IMG/VR virus record: IMGVR_UViG_3300030331_006142
Span: 1-64,000 of that record
Source of the DNA: a virus
DNA: 64,000 nucleotides
Strand: one strand, 5' to 3'
Below, piece by piece: positions 59,190 to 64,000 of the stretch (position 1 is the stretch's first letter; every line of letters begins with the position of its first letter). Under the pieces are notes generated by a model. The model saw only the letters and a list, made by a program, of their open reading frames with translations. It was not told the origin of the DNA and ran no database searches. The position numbers were made by a program, and so were the translations under genes.

Positions 59190-59521
59190 TATTTCAATCC
59201 AAACTTTTTGAGCAAATCTTCTGCCTGGTCAAATGTCATACCAACGTCCGAAAAGGCTTTCTTCTTGCGCTTGACTGTCGGGGCATCTGCCAATGGTGTT
59301 GTTGCTCCGCGAATTTCGTCCGCAGTCCAGTTACCGAGCTGAAGCTCAAAGTCGGTGACAACCAAAGTCCTGGCTGGGAGTCGTTCGCAGCGCAAGTGCT
59401 TGGCGACCGCTCTGCGGGCCTCTGCCTTTCCTGGCATTAGTGGCACGGTAATCGCGCCGGACCAGAGCAAGTGTTCGTTGTTAGCGTCATCAGATAGTCG
59501 GTAGTAAATTCGGGTTGCCAT
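59189..59521 (-). CDS. Hypothetical early protein
   Basis: 110 aa, directly downstream of a promoter. Confidence 0.7.
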   Translation of the reverse strand: MATRIYYRLSDDANNEHLLWSGAITVPLMPGKAEARRAVAKHLRCERLPARTLVVTDFELQLGNWTADEIRGATTPLADAPTVKRKKKAFSDVGMTFDQAEDLLKKFGLK

Positions 59522-59553
59522 AATTTGAGCCTTTCCTCATTGTTTGTATATAC

Positions 59554-59582
59554 ATTATGTCAAATTTTTAACCAAATGTCAA
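59554..59582 (-). promoter_or_regulatory. Early sigma70 promoter
   Basis: TTGACA-N17-CATAAT. Confidence 0.7.
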
Positions 59583-59620
59583 GAAAAAAATGACCCATTT
59601 CACAAAAAAGTTTCAACCAC

Positions 59621-59884
59621 TCACAACAGTTCCTCGCCGGCGCGGAAGATTCTAAATTTATGACGGTTGTTAATAATATTCATTCCACTAAATCCACAGT
59701 CAGGAATGTACCCTGGTACACTCGGACCTTGCCAGGTCACAAAAACCTTCTCACTATGCCCCCATGCGTTTGGTTCAATAGATGTAACAAGGCAAACATA
59801 ATCAATGTCATTGGTCAAGCCGACAGGCACCATACTCTTGACAATCAACATATCACCAAGCCGTGGAGTTCTGGTTGAGTTCAT
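59621..59884 (-). CDS. SH3-like early protein
   Basis: PRLGDML...VFVTW. Confidence 0.6.
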   Translation of the reverse strand: MNSTRTPRLGDMLIVKSMVPVGLTNDIDYVCLVTSIEPNAWGHSEKVFVTWQGPSVPGYIPDCGFSGMNIINNRHKFRIFRAGEELL

Positions 59885-60069
59885 GGGCTGTATTCACAGT
59901 CCCAGTCATTGAGGGCGGCTGCTCTCAGCAGCTCGGTTGGCTCGTCATCATAACAAGCAAATCCGCGAGCTTCGAGATAATCAACAAGCATTGAACGAGA
60001 TGCTTCTTCAAGCTCTCTTCGAGTCACGTCGATAAAGTTACCTGTGATGGTTTCAAGCGTTAAATACAT
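59881..60069 (-). CDS. Small hypothetical protein
   Basis: 62 aa ORF. Confidence 0.6.
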   Translation of the reverse strand: MYLTLETITGNFIDVTRRELEEASRSMLVDYLEARGFACYDDEPTELLRAAALNDWDCEYSP

Positions 60070-60084
60070 TTAATTTACCTTTCT

Positions 60085-60351
60085 TTATTTTTTTCGCGAA
60101 AGGACATCGCCTTTTGTTTCAATTTTTCGCAGCCACGTTGGATGAATATGATATTTCTGGAAATCACTCTCTTCGCCAAAACAGATAACTTCAAAAATAT
60201 TATCTTTTGTTGTTGGGATGCACTTTACAATATATCCGATTTTGCCGTGACCGGGAATGAGGGTGTTAAATTCAGGACTTAAGTCTGAATGGTCCCATAT
60301 CTGAACCATCGCTCCAGGCTTCAACTGCTCGTAGTGTGATTGTCTGGTCAT
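60085..60351 (-). CDS. SH3-like early protein
   Basis: LKPGAMVQI...IGYIV...WLRKI. Confidence 0.6.
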   Translation of the reverse strand: MTRQSHYEQLKPGAMVQIWDHSDLSPEFNTLIPGHGKIGYIVKCIPTTKDNIFEVICFGEESDFQKYHIHPTWLRKIETKGDVLSRKK

Positions 60352-60537
60352 AAATTCTCTTTTGCTAAAGATGAACCATGAGCATCATCATAAGATAAAA
60401 GGCTGCCACGCCGAGTACGCAGGCGGCGTAAATCTTAATAGCAAAAAACAGCGACCAAACTTCGTATTTCTTTTTTTCTTCATAGTGCTCTTTCCAATTT
60501 GGGTCTGCGTTGAAATTCATTTTTAATCAACCTCCTT

Positions 60538-60747
60538 TTATCCTTGGTTCTCGTATGAATCCCAAATGTCAAACGCATCAACCTCGGTATCTTTGATTAC
60601 CTGATTGATTCGTTTAAGCAAATGCGCACAGGCTTCCATTATACCTTCTTGTGTATCGAGTCTATCTTCCCACTGTTTTTTCGTTAAGTCTGAATCAATC
60701 GAGAACGCGATTGATAATGCGTGATTATATTTTTTCTTGTCACTCAC
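60538..60747 (-). CDS. Small hypothetical protein
   Basis: 69 aa ORF with AGGAG RBS. Confidence 0.6.
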   Translation of the reverse strand: MSDKKKYNHALSIAFSIDSDLTKKQWEDRLDTQEGIMEACAHLLKRINQVIKDTEVDAFDIWDSYENQG

Positions 60748-60959
60748 TTACAACTCCTACACACATGACCGCCAAACTCTGGCTTCTTTACATTCGGGAA
60801 ATACTCGTGACAATAAATGCAGTCAACACCATAAATGTTTGCGCCTGCATAGTGACCACTGTCACGCTCGAAACGAAGTCGATTAGACCTCGCGATAAAT
60901 CTCATTCTTGCTTTGCCAGCCATAGAAAAATAACCTTTCTTGATTGTTTCTACTCTTAT

Positions 60960-60988
60960 AGTATAGCAGCTAAACTAATGAAAGTCAA
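60960..60988 (-). promoter_or_regulatory. Early sigma70 promoter
   Basis: TTGACT-N17-TATACT with a TG extension. Confidence 0.75.
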
Positions 60989-61179
60989 GAACTTTTTACA
61001 ATTTTTAAGTCGTAATCCCAAACATTATTTCCAATGGTTCCGTCGCGCCACAAGACTCTGTACTCATTATTGTTATATCTGTGTATCAAAAAACGAGTAC
61101 TAAATCCAAGAATGATTCCATACCTTTCTGCACCGTGGCGACTTGGATGATTGTCTTTAACTAAATCACCGACTTTCAC
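60985..61179 (-). CDS. MKVGDLV mini-protein (array member 8)
   Basis: MKVGDLVKDNHP...RVLWRDG...DLKIV. Confidence 0.75.
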   Translation of the reverse strand: MKVGDLVKDNHPSRHGAERYGIILGFSTRFLIHRYNNNEYRVLWRDGTIGNNVWDYDLKIVKSS

Positions 61180-61339
61180 TGATTCTCCTGATAACGCTCA
61201 CATGATAAGAGCACCGAATCGGGCTGTTGTCGTCACAGAACTGGACAAGATAACACCTGTTTTGTTCCGCCTTAGCAACGATTATCCCAATACGATTAAC
61301 ATAAGAGTTATCGACCCTCACTAAATCACCGACTTTCAC
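61166..61339 (-). CDS. MKVGDLV mini-protein (array member 7, 57 aa)
   Basis: Manual translation: MKVGDLVRVDNSYVNRIGIIVAKAEQNRCYLVQFCDDNSPIRCSYHVSVIRRISESR*. Confidence 0.75.
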   Translation of the reverse strand: MKVGDLVRVDNSYVNRIGIIVAKAEQNRCYLVQFCDDNSPIRCSYHVSVIRRISESR

Positions 61340-61502
61340 TGATTAACTCCAAGGAAAAAGTGTAGTGATGAAAGACCTCACTGCCCCTATCGAGCCAAAT
61401 AACATCGCATATGTCGACGTCAACATACGTCTCGACTACAATACCCACTATGCGGTGCTTTTTTGGTATATCAATATGGTGGACCAAATCACCGACTTTC
61501 AC
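61326..61502 (-). CDS. MKVGDLV mini-protein (array member 6, 58 aa)
   Basis: Manual translation: MKVGDLVHHIDIPKKHRIVGIVVETYVDVDICDVIWLDRGSEVFHHYTFSLELISESR*. Confidence 0.75.
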   Translation of the reverse strand: MKVGDLVHHIDIPKKHRIVGIVVETYVDVDICDVIWLDRGSEVFHHYTFSLELISESR

Positions 61503-61638
61503 TGATTAGCTCCAAGTCACATTGCTCGACGCGGAATTCCCCGTCAGGGAATAATACATAAAAACCATGCGGAACAACTTTGGTGATAACTCCAAGACCA
61601 TCCCAGCTAACCTGCTTTACCAAATCACCGACTTTCAT
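61489..61638 (-). CDS. MKVGDLV mini-protein (array member 5, 49 aa)
   Basis: Manual translation: MKVGDLVKQVSWDGLGVITKVVPHGFYVLFPDGEFRVEQCDLELISESR*. Confidence 0.75.
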   Translation of the reverse strand: MKVGDLVKQVSWDGLGVITKVVPHGFYVLFPDGEFRVEQCDLELISESR

Positions 61639-61844
61639 TCTGGGTGCTTCCTCAACCATCTAAGCAAGCGAACGTCAATAGTTCTGGGGCTTGTCTCCCC
61701 AAGTAACAGAACCTTGTGGTTCTGTATGACCACACCGTCGTCACGATGAATGAAAGCCTCACCCAGATAGACAGCCACTTTATCATTGATATCGCGCGTG
61801 TGCCCGTTAATACGGTCGAACTTTACTAAATCACCGACTTTCAT
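61635..61844 (-). CDS. MKVGDLV mini-protein (array member 4)
   Basis: ORF track, 69 aa. Confidence 0.75.
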   Translation of the reverse strand: MKVGDLVKFDRINGHTRDINDKVAVYLGEAFIHRDDGVVIQNHKVLLLGETSPRTIDVRLLRWLRKHPE

Positions 61845-62031
61845 TTACCAACTCCAATGTTTGCATCCTATACGTGCGCTGACCATACTTTGTAGCCACA
61901 TGAACATCGGGATTGGGGTTCCATTTAATCTCCTCTGAGTCTTTGAAACTTTCATTCCAACCTAACGACACCACAATCCCGGTCAGGGCCGGGTACGTAC
62001 CGTACACCTTGACCAAGTCACCGATTTTCAC
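61831..62031 (-). CDS. MKIGDLV mini-protein (array member 3)
   Basis: GTG start at 62031; ends LELVNESR*. Confidence 0.75.
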   Translation of the reverse strand: MKIGDLVKVYGTYPALTGIVVSLGWNESFKDSEEIKWNPNPDVHVATKYGQRTYRMQTLELVNESR

Positions 62032-62185
62032 TGATGACCTCCAGATTCGCCGCGGGGGCATTTTCGCGTTGACCGGTATCGACAAACATTATCTTAGCAT
62101 AACTCCGATGCAAGGCAACTAATAATGCCAGTCTGCCTGAGTCCCGGCAAAGATGATTGAGTCTTACCAAATCACCGACTTTCAT
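62018..62185 (-). CDS. MKVGDLV mini-protein (array member 2, 55 aa)
   Basis: Manual translation: MKVGDLVRLNHLCRDSGRLALLVALHRSYAKIMFVDTGQRENAPAANLEVISENR*. Confidence 0.75.
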   Translation of the reverse strand: MKVGDLVRLNHLCRDSGRLALLVALHRSYAKIMFVDTGQRENAPAANLEVISENR

Positions 62186-62363
62186 TGACTACAGTTAAAT
62201 CCTTTTTCCTAATTGACAACGTAGCGCCGTTATCTTTGTTCCATCTAACTACTACCAGATAATCAGCATGAGGGTCGGGGCGAATTACCAGGCCATACCA
62301 GTTCTTCCACCTGTCGTGGACTCTTCCCTCTGGGGTATATCTTACCAAGTCCCCGACTTTCAT
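62172..62363 (-). CDS. MKVGDLV mini-protein (array member 1)
   Basis: ORF track, 63 aa, ends DLTVVNESR*. Confidence 0.75.
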   Translation of the reverse strand: MKVGDLVRYTPEGRVHDRWKNWYGLVIRPDPHADYLVVVRWNKDNGATLSIRKKDLTVVNESR

Positions 62364-62450
62364 ATTATTGCCACCGATAGCATCACGGCAAATGCAATAA
62401 CTAGAATTGGAAACATTACAGCTATAATAATTTCCATAATTGCAATCTTA

Positions 62451-62624
62451 TCATCGTCTTTCACTGATTAACTCGCAACCACTTGTGACATACCAAACAA
62501 CTTCTCCTCTGGTGTTGAGGGCTTTGAGTGTTCCACCGTTCTGATTACTATACAGAATCACACCAATATCACTACTGTTCGGTGTGCGATATATGACAAA
62601 GTCGCCAGGCTTAAATTTCACCAT
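62451..62624 (-). CDS. Related mini-protein (FKPGDFV...ELISERR)
   Basis: Same fold pattern and junction motif as the array. Confidence 0.65.
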   Translation of the reverse strand: MVKFKPGDFVIYRTPNSSDIGVILYSNQNGGTLKALNTRGEVVWYVTSGCELISERR

Positions 62625-62854
62625 TATCTCCAAATAGTCACAAAATGACCAAATTCTCTATCAAAAACCTTCACAAGGCCCTCATAATTACCCATCATCA
62701 TTACCTTACAGATAGCAGCAATCCTTTCTTCTGAGTACCCTAGTTGTCTACCAAACGTATGCACATACGCCATAAGGGCATGGGCGTTACCATCTGGTCC
62801 TGTAAGGTCAATCTCTATTGGCCTGTGTGGCATCTCTTCTTTGCTGCGAATCAT
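62624..62854 (-). CDS. Small conserved phage protein (DLTGPDGNA motif)
   Basis: 76 aa ORF. Confidence 0.7.
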   Translation of the reverse strand: MIRSKEEMPHRPIEIDLTGPDGNAHALMAYVHTFGRQLGYSEERIAAICKVMMMGNYEGLVKVFDREFGHFVTIWR

Positions 62855-63051
62855 CTTCCAACGTGCCTCGCGGTCTGCACCGAGCCAACATACTGGTAGG
62901 CTCCCTTGTTATAAGCAGGTGCAGAGCATTTTGCTTTACGGGCCTTTTCGCGGTTGGCAGCGTGGGCGCCACAGTCAAGACAAGTTCTGTAGCCCAGTTC
63001 GAGGCGCCTTGGGTTAAAAGATTCATAACAGATAATGCAAGTAGGATTCAT
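62851..63051 (-). CDS. Zinc-finger mini-protein (DksA/TraR-like CxxC...RLELG..TCxxC)
   Basis: CIIC...RRLELGYRTCLDC...YNKGAYQY. Confidence 0.7.
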   Translation of the reverse strand: MNPTCIICYESFNPRRLELGYRTCLDCGAHAANREKARKAKCSAPAYNKGAYQYVGSVQTARHVGR

Positions 63052-63078
63052 GGTTATCTCCAGATTATTACTATATAT

Positions 63079-63107
63079 AGTATATCAGCTAAGTGCCTAA
63101 AAGTCAA
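63079..63107 (-). promoter_or_regulatory. Early sigma70 promoter
   Basis: TTGACT-N17-TATACT with a TG extension. Confidence 0.75.
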
Positions 63108-63358
63108 GGCTTTTTTTTAGCATATTTCAGGTCGCGACGGTCAAAGTATGATTCCCAATAATAATAATTTCCGCGTGTTGCATATTCTCGTTTCTGCGAG
63201 TGATTAAACACAGATTTACACCAAAGAATCTTGTAAGTTCCACAGAAATATGCGCCTCGAACTTCTTTGATAATTCCAACGTCACCATCTCTAATCCAGC
63301 CTGTTCTTTTTATCTTCTTACCATAAGAAGATAATGTAACCAAGTCACCGACTTTCAC
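63104..63358 (-). CDS. MKVGDLV mini-protein
   Basis: ORF track, 84 aa. Confidence 0.75.
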   Translation of the reverse strand: MKVGDLVTLSSYGKKIKRTGWIRDGDVGIIKEVRGAYFCGTYKILWCKSVFNHSQKREYATRGNYYYWESYFDRRDLKYAKKKP

Positions 63359-63539
63359 TGATAACCTCCGCTTGTGATTCCCAGAGTGGACCCATCAAAG
63401 TGGGGAATGTTGGAGAACGGGCATCCCATAAGACTTTGAATAGTCTCCTGCGAGATGACAGTGGGCGAGGAACTTCTGCCACGACAATACCAACTCTTTC
63501 CATCCCCCAACTCTCTTTTACCAAATCACCGACTTTCAT
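63345..63539 (-). CDS. MKVGDLV mini-protein
   Basis: ORF track, 64 aa, ends EVISESR*. Confidence 0.75.
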   Translation of the reverse strand: MKVGDLVKESWGMERVGIVVAEVPRPLSSRRRLFKVLWDARSPTFPTLMGPLWESQAEVISESR

Positions 63540-63542
63540 CAG

Positions 63543-63833
63543 TTAGCTCCACGGACCTTTAACAACATTCTCTGATTTAATAATCTCTGCCTCCTTTTCA
63601 AGGAAAGCACGATACTCTTCGTTTAGGGTCCAGCCAACTTCCATAGTTTCGTTATTTAGTACGCCTTCGACGCGGCCTTCGCAAATACAGGAAAGCAGCT
63701 CACAAAAAATGGCCTGAGAGTTTGCAGCTTCGAGTACACCTCTATTGTAGGAATCAACAATGAAGTGTAGAACTTTTGTCCCCTGTCGATTGAGATTCTT
63801 TCTTGCTGTAATTGGGTCCACGTAATCAAACAT
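63543..63833 (-). CDS. Hypothetical early protein
   Basis: AAGGAG RBS; promoter upstream. Confidence 0.7.
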   Translation of the reverse strand: MFDYVDPITARKNLNRQGTKVLHFIVDSYNRGVLEAANSQAIFCELLSCICEGRVEGVLNNETMEVGWTLNEEYRAFLEKEAEIIKSENVVKGPWS

Positions 63834-63865
63834 AAAAAACTCCTTAATTTTCAGTTACTTATAAT

Positions 63866-63894
63866 ATAATACACTATCTACGTTGTACTGTCAA
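63866..63894 (-). promoter_or_regulatory. Early sigma70 promoter
   Basis: TTGACA-N17-TATTAT. Confidence 0.65.
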
Positions 63895-64000
63895 GATAAA
63901 AATCTATAAAAGTTTAATCCATACTGCGTGGGGCGAATGTCATTTTGCGAGAAAACCACCAAACATTGCTCACTGTGAAGTTGCGAAAGCGATTCTTCAA

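Noticed and set aside
60985-62363. CRISPR array
   Set aside because: The spacing (~135-210 bp) is too long and variable, each interval is an intact ORF, and no cas operon is present

Overview
This window looks like part of a large, AT-rich tailed-phage genome (jumbo/T4-like organisation), with nearly all genes on the minus strand. From left to right it holds: (1) a giant virion-type ORF of more than 2,366 aa that runs off the left edge, a baseplate/spike-like gene and a gp55-like late sigma factor; (2) an 11 kb nonulosonic-acid (pseudaminic-type) biosynthesis and glycosyltransferase cluster; (3) a PD-(D/E)XK nuclease, PIN-PhoH, a trypsin-like protease and ClpP; (4) tRNA-Ile2(CAT) directly beside its modifying enzyme TilS; (5) a long block of putative head/internal proteins sharing N-terminal 'MKLIMENW..F..E' or 'MKITK..L..IIKEE' leaders, with a PG-binding lysozyme-like protein, an ART-like protein, IscU, a complete tmRNA, PurA, nucleotidyltransferases, NUDIX and a CglF/GltF-like protein that hints at a Myxococcota/Bdellovibrionota-type host; (6) a 2 kb mostly non-coding region with 10-bp-phased CCTAC repeats around a small GC-rich plus-strand island, possibly the genome terminus or origin; and (7) an early region with strong sigma70 promoters and a chain of 'MKVGDLV...ISESR' mini-genes. 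The two most unusual structures are three degenerate 47-bp copies of the tmRNA 3' end plus late promoter that separate gene cassettes downstream of the tmRNA, and the repeat-jointed array of SH3/KOW-like mini-genes. All calls come from manual motif recognition; no database searches were run.
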